DNA of 64,000 nucleotides from the human T2T-CHM13v2.0 reference genome, Homo sapiens: NCBI RefSeq assembly GCF_009914755.1, contig NC_060943.1; one strand, written 5' to 3'. The notes under the pieces are model-generated. The model saw only the letters and a list, made by a program, of their open reading frames with translations. It was not told the DNA's origin and searched no databases. Below are positions 21,954-64,000 of the stretch, in pieces. Both the position numbers and the translations under genes were made by a program. The first letter of the stretch is position 1; each line of letters begins with the position of its first letter.

Positions 21954-23276
21954 GGAATTCAAGAAGTACAAAACGAGGTGCCAGGAGAAATAAGGCTTCT
22001 TTCCTCCCCAATCCTCGTCCTCTCCTTCCTCTCCCCACCCACCCCATGACCAGCCGCTTTTCGAACCTTCTGGGAGCAGTGTGCTCTGCATGGCCATTTT
22101 TCTGTGCAGTGGGTCTCACAGCCTCTTCCGCTCCCTGTCTGATGGCCTCTTGCGTCTTCCACTCTGACTAGCTGCCGCAGTGACTCCATCTCTGCACACA
22201 TGCATGCTGAGTTTCTAAGGATAAATTCTTAGAAGTAGAAATACCGCATCACAGAGGATGTGCATTTTTTAAATTTTGGAAGCAGTTGCCAAATTGCCTT
22301 CCTTTGAAGCCGTAGCAGTTTGCAGCTTCTGCCAACCATGAGTGCGTGTGGCTGTCTCTCCCCACGCCTGGGATGGTGAGGCCGAGTCCCCCAGCCCACA
22401 GCCTCCCCCACCGTCTGACGGGCGGGAGGGTGGTGTCCTCGGTTGGATTGGCAGCTCCTGACTGCGAGGGAGGACTGGTCCTTTCCCAGTGCGGTTTGTT
22501 GGTGTCCTTTGCTACTTTGGGCTCTCCTGTGGGTGGCAGGTGCTTCCCTCAGTTTGTCATCTGTTTTTTAACTGTGTTGGTGGTGTGTCTGCCCTGCGGA
22601 CTCCCAATTTTCCCGGTGTTGAATTCCACAGCCATGCCTCTTATGGCTCCTGGATTTTGTTCTTCCTGCAGCGCAGCTGAGCGAGGGGCTTAGAGGGGTC
22701 GCTGGGGGTCCCGGAGCTGAGCTGAGCACCGCTAGCAGCACCGGGCAAGTGTCCAGGTGAGGTGCCCCGGGAGGCCCCAGGCCCGGGATACAGGACCCTC
22801 CAGATCTCGGAGGTGGGAAGACAGTCTGCACACCCGTCTTGTGCACCCCTGCCCTCACTGCAGGGACAGACAGGAGCTGGGTCTCAGGCTGCTGGGCAGG
22901 CCTGGGCCCTGTGGTTTTGCCCACCAGCCTTGGGCAGCGTTGAGTGAGTTGTGTGGCCAGTAGACTGACAGCTGCTGCCCACCTGGCAACGTTTGGGCCA
23001 TTGGCTCACGGCGTCTCTGTTGCCCCGGAGGGCTTGTCAGGTGCAGCCATGTGCTGCTGGGCAGCGATGTGTGCCAGGGGCCGTGTGCAGCTGCAGCTGG
23101 CGCCCGGTGTATTTGCTTTCAGTGCTGACTTCAGGGCAGCATCAGTGTTCTGGGGAAGTGGGGGATGATATTTTAGCCAATCACAACCAGACTCTGCCAG
23201 CAAGTGCCTCAGTGCACGCGGTTACCACCGCTGCTGCCAGTGACACTTGTTTACATTCTCTCATTCTGGAAAAATG

Positions 23277-25048
<1,772 letters not shown>

Positions 25049-26003
25049 TGTTTCCTGGCAGCACATGCCACCACCTGGAATGCTTCTCCACCAGCTTGAT
25101 TTTCTCCCACTACCTCCTCTGGTAGGGAGCTCACTCCAGTGGGTGGGTGGGGCTGTGGCCCTGTCATTGGGAGGGCTCTGTTCATGTGTGTTGGTCAATG
25201 AATGACCCTCCCCACCACATCCAACACAGGATGGGGCTGTCAGAAGTCAGGGGCCGTGGGGGCACAGAGAGGAAAGAGAGAGGGCAGGGCCCCCCATGCG
25301 AGGCTGGGCAGAGAGAGGGCCTCCAGGACCGTGGGGAGCATAAGTGTCTGGGGAAGCCCCGTCCACACCTGCCACCCTCTGAAACATTCAGTCACACCTG
25401 CAGAGTCCCTGCTGCCCTGCAAGGTGGCCTAGGCACAGGTCCTGGGGTCAGGACCCTACGCCCCTGGCAGTCCGGATCGTCTCTGCCCTGCGGCAGCCGC
25501 GTCTACGTGGTGAGTCGCCTGCTGGCTGCATGGGGCTTGTGAAGCCGCCAGTGCTGGGCGACCTGCATGGAGCCGACGGTGGTGGCTGATCTACCCCAAG
25601 GAGGGCGGAGGGCTGGCCTCCCTCTGGTCTCAGATTTGCTGGACTTGAACAAGTTCCTCGCCGCTTGGCTCTGGGACTCTTGGAGTCTGAGCAGGGGCTC
25701 CCTCACCCCTGCTCTGAAGCTCAGTGTTCGGGTCCTGCCTGGTTTTTGGTGTGCCAAGGGGTACAAGCTACTGTCTGGGCAATGCTGCCTGTGAAGCCGA
25801 TGTTTCCAGCTGTCCTCCCCAACCATGGCCACAGCTGACGTCCTCTGTGGCTGCACGCACCACCTCTGCACAGCCTGGACTGAGCACTGCACTTCCGACG
25901 GAGACTCCCCCAGGAGCCCCTGCCCCCAGGGTGGGGTTTTCATGCCACAGTACTGCCTTTGCAAGTGGTCTCTGCTCCGCGGTTTCCTTTCTGTAAGTGC
26001 TGG

Positions 26004-26242
26004 AGGATCTGTGTAGATCCCCCTTCATCTGTGAATCGGTCCCGGGGGGCCCCACACCCACAGCTCTCCTGGGGCTCAGGATCTGCATAGATTCCCTGTT
26101 CATCTGCAGATCAGTCCCGGGGGGCCCCACACCCACAGCTCTCGTGGGGCTCAGGATCTGCGTAGATTCCCTGTTCATCTGCAAATCAGTCCCGGGGGGC
26201 CCCACACCCACACCTTTCCTGGGGCTCAGGTCTCTATAGACC
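26004..26242. repeat. About 75-bp minisatellite, 3 copies plus a partial
   Basis: AGGATCTG..TAGAT..CCC..TTCATCTG..TCCCGGGGGGCCCCACACCCACA..TGGGGCTC starts at 26004, 26078, 26153 and 26228. Confidence 0.9.
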
Positions 26243-27420
26243 CTCTGGCTCCAGGCTCGGGAAATTGTCCCCCAGAGGCTGTCTTCACTGGGGACAGATG
26301 CTTAGGCCTCTCCTCGTCCTGGGATGGCCAGTGCTGGCCCAGGAGTGGTCGGGTGTGGTGGGGACACATGGGCCTTTGGGGCTGCGGGAGGCAGCTGTGC
26401 CCTGTGGAGAACCGGTGGGGACTGTGGGTGGGGAGAGGCCATTCTGGGCGAGGGAGAAGGGGATGGGGAGGAGGCTGGTGACATGACCTGGCCCCAGTAG
26501 GGGGCAGGCTGGAAGGAGGGAGAGCTGCTGGCCATTGCTCTGTGGCCGCGTGGGCCACCCTTTGGGCCCATGTGCTTTGGGCTGAGCCATGTAGAGAACC
26601 CTGGGCCTTCTATGTGGTCGTGGGCATTGCTGCCCTGCACTCTGCCTTCGTGTCCTCATCTGCACAGGCGGTGGGCGCTGGCACCCGTCCATGAGGCCTT
26701 GCAGAGGGGACACGAGATAAGCCACGAAAACCCACTACCACAGGACTGTGGGCTGCATGCTCTTGTCCCTCAGAGCCTGACTGGCCCCATGTGGCCGAGC
26801 CAGGGACCACATGCGTCCCTTGACTGCGGGCCCAGTCAGCGCTGCCTGCGGGCTCTTGCAGAAGAAACAGCCCTGCGGTTGATCCTATCTCCAACCCCAG
26901 GCCGGGAGCTCGTCAGAGGCCACCTGGAGCTGTGGAGGTGGCAATCAGGCCAACCGCCTCAGTATCTCAGGACAGAGTGGTGCTCGGGATGACAGGAGCA
27001 GCACCAAACCCGCATGGGTCTGTCCCTACCTGGTGACGCAAGCCAGTGCATGCCTCAGGTGTCTGTTTCCTAAAAAGGCAGGTGTCGCCTCGGCCCTTCT
27101 GGTCTCCGTGAGTCAGCCTCCTCCAGGGCCCTCCCAGGTCTTTTGTGTCTGGTGTCTCTCACAGGGTGCAACGTCCTCAGGGCGTGTCCGCGCTGTGGCC
27201 TGGGTAGAGCCTTGCTCCTTTCATGGCTGGGTCGTGTTCTGGCGTGTGGAGGGCCGCGCTGGTTCGTCCCTCACCTGTTGATGCGTATGTAGGATTTTGC
27301 CGTCTTTTGGCTGTTGTGAATTGTGCGTCTGTGAGCATTTGTGTACCAGTTCCTGTGCCTTTCCCATTCTCCTGGGTGTGTATCTAGGAAGTGCTGGGTC
27401 ATGTGGTGACTGTGGGTTTC

Positions 27421-27491
27421 TCTTGCGTAGACATAACTTTATCATCACTTAACATTAGTAGCAGAACGGGACTAAGCTTTCATCACTGACA
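27421..27491 (-). pseudogene. Retroposed SNORD38B-like C/D-box snoRNA copy
   Basis: Minus strand reads TGTCAGTGATGAAAGCTTAGTCCCGTTCTGCTACTAATGTTAAGTGATGATAAAGTTATGTCTACGCAAGA, which aligns end to end with SNORD38B as I recall it; C box intact, D'/D boxes mutated (CTAA, CTAC); flanking 12-bp direct repeat. Confidence 0.75.
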
Positions 27492-27621
27492 GACTCTGTG
27501 TTTAACGATTGAGGAACTTACCTGCCAAAGAAGTCACCAGGGACTGGGGAGAGGGATGGGGAGTGAGTGTTCCATGGCGACAGAGTTTCAGTTTGGGAAG
27601 ATGAGAAAGTTCTAGAGATGA

Positions 27622-28274
<653 letters not shown>

Positions 28275-29160
28275 GAACCGCTGTATTTACAGACCGGCAG
28301 CCTGTACATGGCCTTGGGCTGTGGTTTGCTGGCCCTGGTGGGAAGAGCGTTTTTCCTAGGCTACCTTCTGTCTCCATGGCCTGCACGGACCTTCACTTTA
28401 TTCTTGTACAAACCCCCTTCCTGCCTCGGGCTGTGCATCTCTCTCTGGAACGTTCTTTGCGGTCTCCTCACCGCCACTTTTCTTCACACCTCAACATAAA
28501 TGCCACCCCCTTGGAGGGGCCTTCCTGGTTTGGCTGAGCCTGGTCCCATGTGGGCTCTGCATGGGCCCCTGGATGTTACCTTGGTTGTAGCTGAGTGCGG
28601 ATGTGGCTTGTCCACAGGAGGCTGATGTCCCTGGAGCTGTGACTTGGTCTACCTGGGCCTGGACCCACGTGGCCGGCCCGGGGCCTGTGCGTGGCCAGCT
28701 CTTGCACACTGCCTTAGAGCTGGTGTGGCTTGTTGAACCCCGTTGCAGACGCACACGCACGTGGGTCCCCATGGCTCCTCGGGACATGGAGGCTGCCCAC
28801 GCTCAGGGAAGAGTCCTTGTCGGGACCTCCAGGACTCTTCCCAGCCCCCGCCTCCCTCCTGGGGCCTCCAGGGCAGAAAGCCCCTTTCCCGGGCAGGAGG
28901 ACAGGGTGTGGATATACAGGCTGGGAGGGTCTGTGGGCAGCAGCCGAGGCCCAGGTTGGGGGAGCCTCACCTAGGATGAGGCTAGGGCTGGCAGAAGATC
29001 CCCACAGAGGAGCCAGGAGGACCCCACAGTCACTCTAGCTCCCAGGGCCTGGAGGTGCAGGCGAGCCCCGTGGTCTCCGGGCAGCCGGCCCTGCCCCACT
29101 CACCTCTCCTGCCCTTCCCGCTGCAGGCTAACCTTGCCGCGGGCCGAGCCCTGCCTCGCC

Positions 29161-41007
<11,847 letters not shown>

Positions 41008-41157
41008 ACCTGCCGGGCAGGACCGTGCCACACCAGCTGTCCAGAGTCGGAGGACCCCAGCTCCTCAGCTTGCATGGACTCTGCCTTCCCAGCGCTTGTC
41101 CCCCGAGGAAGGCGGCTGGGCGGGCGGGGAGCTGGGCCTGGAGGATCCTGGAGTCTC

Positions 41158-41163
41158 ATTAAA
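41158..41163 (+). terminator. FZR1 proximal poly(A) signal candidate (ATTAAA)
   Basis: ATTAAA about 150 nt after the stop codon. Confidence 0.5.
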
Positions 41164-42903
41164 TGCCTGATTGTGAACCATGTCCACCAGTATCTGGGGT
41201 GGGCACGTGGTCGGGGACCCTCAGCAGCAGGGGCTCTGTCTCCCTTCCCAAAGGGCGAGAACCACATTGGACGGTCCCGGCTCAGACCGTCTGTACTCAG
41301 AGCGACGGATGCCCCCTGGGACCCTCACTGCCTCCGTCTGTTCATCACCTGCCCACCGGAGCCGCATGCTCTTCCTGGAACTGCCCACGTCTGCACAGAA
41401 CAGACCACCAGACGCCAGGGCTGATTGGTGGGGGCCTGAGACCCCGGTTGCCCATTCATGGCTGCACCCCACCATGTCAAACCCAAGACCAGCCCCAAGG
41501 CCAGACCAAGGCATGTAGGCCTGGGCAGGTGGCTCGGGGCCACTGGCGGAGCCAGCCTGTGGATCCAAGAGACAGTCCCCACCTGGGCTTCACGGCATCC
41601 TTGCAGCCACCTCTGCTGTCACTGCTCGAAGCAGCAGTCTCTCTGGAAGCATCTGTGTCATGGCCATCGCCCGGCGGTCAGTGGGCTTCAGATGGGCCTG
41701 TGCATCCTGGCCAAGCGTCACCCTCACACTGGAGGAGGATGTCTGCTCTGGACTTATCACCCCAGGAGAACTGAACCCGGACCTGCTCACTGCCCTGGCT
41801 GGAGAGGAGCACAACAGATGCCACGTCTTCGTGCATTCGCCAACACGTGCCCTCACAGGGCCAGCGTCCTCCTTCCCTGCGCAAGACTTGCGTCCCCCAT
41901 GCCTGCTGGGTGGCTGGGTCCTGTGGAGGCCAGCAGCGGTGTGGCCCCCGCCCCCAGGCTGCCTGTGTCTTCACCTGTCCTGTCCACCAGCGCCAACAGC
42001 CGTGGGGAAGCCAAGGAGACCCAAGGGGTCCAGGAGGTGGGCGCCCTCCATCCTTCGAGAAGCTTCCCAGGCTCCTCTGCTTCTCTGTCTCATGCTCCCA
42101 GGCTGCACAGCAGGCAGGGAGGGAGGCAAGGCAGGGGAGTGGGGCCTGAGCTGAGCACTGCCCCCTCACCCCCCCACCACCCCTTCCCATTTCATCGGTG
42201 GGGACGTGGAGAGGGTGGGGCGGGCTGGGGTTGGAGGGTCCCACCCACCACCCTGCTGTGCTTGGGAACCCCCACTCCCCACTCCCCACATCCCAACATC
42301 CTGGTGTCTGTCCCCAGTGGGGTTGGCGTGCATGTGTACATATGTATTTGTGACTTTTCTTTGGATTTGTTTTGTGTTTTTGTTGACTAGTCCTGGAAAT
42401 GTTTGAGGCTAGACGGGGAGGGGCCAGGACCCACCCACTGCTCCTGGGGGATGAGGTCCTGGTTTTAAAGCCCCGTCATTTCAAGCGGGTCGATCTTCCA
42501 CATTCACTGGAGAGACTCTCCCCACCTCTGTCTGGGTGGGGCGCGGACCCCTCACTGTGCGCCTGTGCAGGGGGTGCTGGTGCACGTGGCAGTGTGGATT
42601 TCCAGTGGTCACGGTCTTACTGTTTCAAGGTTTTTAAATAAGAAAACCAACCCTGCCTTCGCCCATGCCCGCCCCTGCCCGCAGTTGCCAAAGAGCCGCC
42701 TTGTCGCTGTGGGCGTCAGGGCTTGGCTGGCTCAGTGCACAACCCACAGTGGCCTTCAGAGGCTCCTCCTGGGACTGGGAACCGCCGCAGGGCCAGGCGG
42801 ACGGCGTGAGGTTTGTGTTGGGGCTGGTTCTGCCCATGCTAGGGGGTGGGGGAGCTCCCAGGACAGACCAGCCTTGTTTCTCATGTAATGCAGTGACGCT
42901 GTC

Positions 42904-42909
42904 ATTAAA
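42904..42909 (+). terminator. FZR1 distal poly(A) signal candidate (ATTAAA)
   Basis: ATTAAA with an upstream TGTA (CFIm) element near 42884 and GT-rich sequence downstream. Confidence 0.65.
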
Positions 42910-44439
42910 CACGTGGATTCATGTGTGGCCGGGACTGGCTGGCTCTAGGTCCCCGGCTCGGGTGGGGTCACACGGTCCTGCCCTAGAGTCCCCATCTGGC
43001 CCTGGAGCTGCAGAAGCAGCTTCTGAGGGGCTTCCCAGGCCTGCATTTCACAGATGGGGAGCTCAGCCCTCGAAGGCCGCAGAGACGCCTCCCAGGCCCG
43101 TCTGCCAGGGCGCCGGCCACAATCCTGCAGGGCCAAGGACTGGACTCCAGGCAAGTCCCTGCGCTCCAGCTGGACGGCCCTGTTCCAGGGAGGAGGTGCT
43201 CGGTTGACACCATCAGGGAGGGAGGGTGGGCACTGCTGGGCTGAGTTCACCCCCAGGGCTGGCCAGATGGGGCCAGGAGGGACAGAGCAAGGGGGGTGAA
43301 GGCCGTGGTGGGAGGGTCCCATGATGATGGGCCAGGGCTCGTGTAGAAATGGGGGAATTGGTTCCCCATGGCCCAGGACAGCTGAGAGGAGGTGGAGGGG
43401 CCCCAGGGGAGTGTACGTCAGGCTTTGCGGGGCACGGGGGCCACTCAGCAGCGCTGGGGCAGGTGCCTCTGCTGTCAGCTCCACCCGACAGGCAGACGAA
43501 GGCCAGTGGGGCCATCGCTTCCTGGGGCGACCCTGGCAGTGGTTGGGAGACGCCCAGATGGAGGGGGAGGCTGACCAAGGGCCCCGCAGGGCGGGCTGCA
43601 ACTTTTCTGTTGATCCTGGAATGTAGCTGGTGCAGTGAGAGGGAAAGAGAATTGAAAAACTCAGGCTGCCATAGGTTCTGCGATGAGAGGTGCAGGAGGC
43701 AGGAGCCTGGCCCAGGGGGTGCTGGTGCCTCCCCGGGGTCTGGGCGGAGAGAACAGGAGGAATGGCTGGGAAGTGGCTGAGGGAGCCAGGAGGCCGGGGG
43801 GCCGGGGGCTGCAGGGGAGGCTGTGGGGGTCCTGGCAGCCAGGAGGCCCCAGGTGGTTTTGAGGCTCGCTCTTGCGCGGTGCCTGAGAAGAGGGTGAAGG
43901 AGCTGGGGCAGGCCCCATCCTGGGCATTGGAGATGATGAAACCGAGCAGACCTGGCCCATGTGGAGCTGGCATGGGGGACACAGCCCAGAGACAGAGAAG
44001 CTTATGAGGAAGTGAGGAGGTGGCGTCACAAGGGTGGGGAGGGGGCCTTGGGGAAGGGCGGCCTTGGATCAGAGGCTCACCACAAGCCTGGCATTTCAGC
44101 CAGGGCTGGAGAAGGCAGGGACGCCTGGGTGAGAGGCAAAGGGCACAGCCATGCAAAGGCCCTGGGGCAGGACGGCACCTGGTATGCGGGAGGAACAGAG
44201 TGAGGAGAGGAGGGCAGGGCGTGCAGGGCCTTGTGGGCCTCAGGGAGGACTTGGGCACCTACGCCGAGGGAGTGGAGCTCCTGGGTGCGTGTCCAGATGG
44301 GAAAGGCAGGGTCGTATCTGTGGGGACCTGACAAGGGCAGGGGAAGCGGAGACCAGGGTGCAGGCTCCGCCCCCACCCAAGGCCGGGCCCAGCCAGAGGA
44401 GGGGCAGGGCAGGGCAGGAGGTTTCTGGATGTTTGTTGG

Positions 44440-44950
44440 GTTTGGTTTGGTTTTGTTTTGTTTTGTTTATTGTGGTAAAATACAAAATCTACCGTCTTAC
44501 AGTGAGGTGGCGTTCAGTACCTTCACCACGCCGTGCAGCCATCCCATCTGATTCCAGAACATTCTCATCACCCAGAAGGCAGCCCTGTCCCCATTATGTC
44601 ACCTAGTCACCCCCAGGTCCCCCTCCCCAGTCCCGGCACCCACGAATCCTCTCCCTGATTCTGTGGATTGGTCTGTCCTGGACATTTCATAGAAGTGGGA
44701 TCACAGCGTACCCTTCTGTGTCTGGTGTCTCTCACTGAGCGTGACATCCTCAAGGTGCATCCGCACTGTGGCCTGGGTCAGAGCTTCGCACCTCCTTGTG
44801 GCTGAGTCTCGTTCCAGCACGGTGGCGGCGCCGTGCTGATCCCCTCACCTTCACTGGGTGTTCGGTGTTCTCCGCCTCGGGCTGTCACAAATCGTGCTGC
44901 TGTGAGCCACTGCGTGCAGGTCTCATCCTGGGTGTATTTTACAAACGGAC
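44440..44950 (-). mobile_element. Old L1 (L1M) 3' end fragment
   Basis: tttattgtggtaaaataca...ttccagaacattctcatcacccag...ctggacatttcatagaagtgggatcacag: typical antisense L1M 3'UTR. Confidence 0.65.
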
Positions 44951-44967
44951 TGGATGTGAGTGGGTGA

Positions 44968-50181
<5,214 letters not shown>

Positions 50182-50381
50182 AGGCATGCTACCAGGATGC
50201 ACCCACTGTCTCTGCACCCAGATGAGGGGGCACTAACCTAGTCCCAGGGGACCAGAGGCTCGGGACAGAGGCAGACACTGGGCTCGCTGGCCGCCCACAA
50301 CCAGGGCAGGGCTGAGATGCCCAGGCTACCCCTGCCCAGAGCCCCCCCGCAGGCAGACAGGAGCCAGGCTGCCGTCATCTC

Positions 50382-50387
50382 TTTATT
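50382..50387 (-). terminator. MFSD12 poly(A) signal (AATAAA on - strand)
   Basis: TTTATT on the + strand about 500 nt past the MFSD12 stop. Confidence 0.75.
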
Positions 50388-50880
50388 TGCTGCCAGCAGA
50401 GTCCACCAAGCCTGCCGGGCAGCCCTGCTGCCCACCACGGTGGGGTCCAGGCCCAGCCCACCACCCCGTGGCTGTCTCCTCCAGGCTCCAGCCGTCCTGA
50501 GGGGGCCCTGGCAGTGTCTGGAGACCCCCAGGCTGGAGGTGAGGGGTGAACTGGACTGAGCTCAGGGTTAGGGTTCCCCCAGACCCTTCTGGGATTCCTA
50601 CTTCCTGTTCCCTGCCGAGAGGGGCACCCCAAATCCTCCAGAGGGCTGGGATGGATTAGAGTTGAGAATGGGACACCCTCAAAACCCAGGGGGTCCTTGC
50701 AAGTCCCTGGCGGGCATCCCTGCTGCCCTCACCCGACCCCACCCCCGGGAGCTGGGTGAGGATGGAGGGTGGGGGTCCAGAGAAGAGTGAGGGGCAGTGG
50801 GGGCTTTTCCCCAAGGCCCTGGGGGGCATCCTCGTGCGTCCCCACAGTTCCCTTGCACAGGTGCAGGAGGCTGTCAGGAG

Positions 50881-63559
<12,679 letters not shown>

Positions 63560-64000
63560 CGCGGCGCCGGGCCCGCGCCCCCCACCCCCGGGCTCCGCGG
63601 AGGGTACCCTGGCCAGGCCTTCTTGGGTGCCGTGGGGGCAGGCGCCGGGGACCCCCACCACGCGCCGGGCACCCCGCGTCCCGCTCTCTTACGGCCGCGC
63701 CCTCACCCACGTCCGCCGCGTCCGCCCCACGCTCGACTCTGCAGCCGCCGGGCCCCAGAGCCGGGCGACTGCGCCGGGCGGGGCAGGGCGGGGAGGTTCC
63801 GGTGCCTGAGCCAATCGGAGCCGCGCCCCGGGGAACCGCAGCCAATCGCCAAGGAGAGAGGAGAGGGGCGTGGCCGCAGGGCTCGTTCCGCCTCTACGAC
63901 GGGCGCCCACGCGGTCCTAGCGCCCGCCGGGTATGAGGGCGAACCCCGAGCGCGCCGCAGGAGTGGCCGGCACCCCCATAGACTGGGGAAGGAAATGGAC

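Noticed and set aside
26004-26242. Repeat arrays resembling CRISPR
   Set aside because: Eukaryotic DNA; units are head-to-tail with no unique spacers and no cas genes.
41163-42390. 203- and 310-aa ORFs after the FZR1 stop
   Set aside because: They lie in the GC-rich 3'UTR with no recognisable protein features; such lengths are expected at this GC content.
42945-44258. 437-aa - strand ORF
   Set aside because: Non-ATG start, Pro-rich GC noise partly in an L2 remnant; no recognisable domain or splice structure.
63560-63661. In-frame GTG-initiated extension upstream of the MFSD12 ATG
   Set aside because: Open frame is expected in a CpG island and the annotated-type ATG has good context; no further support.

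Overview
Human (primate) genomic DNA, GC- and Alu-rich, recognisable as the chr19p13.3 DOHH-FZR1-TEKTIP1(C19orf71)-MFSD12 locus. The window holds the 5' half of DOHH (- strand, exons 1-3), all of FZR1/Cdh1 (+, 14 exons, 493 aa), all of TEKTIP1 (+, 4 exons, 209 aa) and the whole MFSD12 CDS (-, 10 exons, 480 aa). I checked the exon boundaries by hand for GT-AG and frame. Non-coding content includes three CpG-island promoters, dozens of Alus, a nested L2/LTR/Alu insertion, a retroposed SNORD38B-like snoRNA copy with a target-site duplication, and a 2.1-kb G-rich 12-mer VNTR in FZR1 intron 7. The long ORFs in the six-frame track outside these exons are repeat or GC artefacts. I found no evidence of a wholly new gene system. 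The most interesting leads concern RNA processing and translation: tandemly duplicated 5' splice sites in FZR1 exon 6 and TEKTIP1 exon 1, a regenerated donor at the FZR1 exon 11/12 junction, complementary repeats bracketing FZR1 intron 7, a strong-context uORF in DOHH and an in-frame non-AUG extension of FZR1. Repeat coordinates are approximate and family names come from recall, not from a search.
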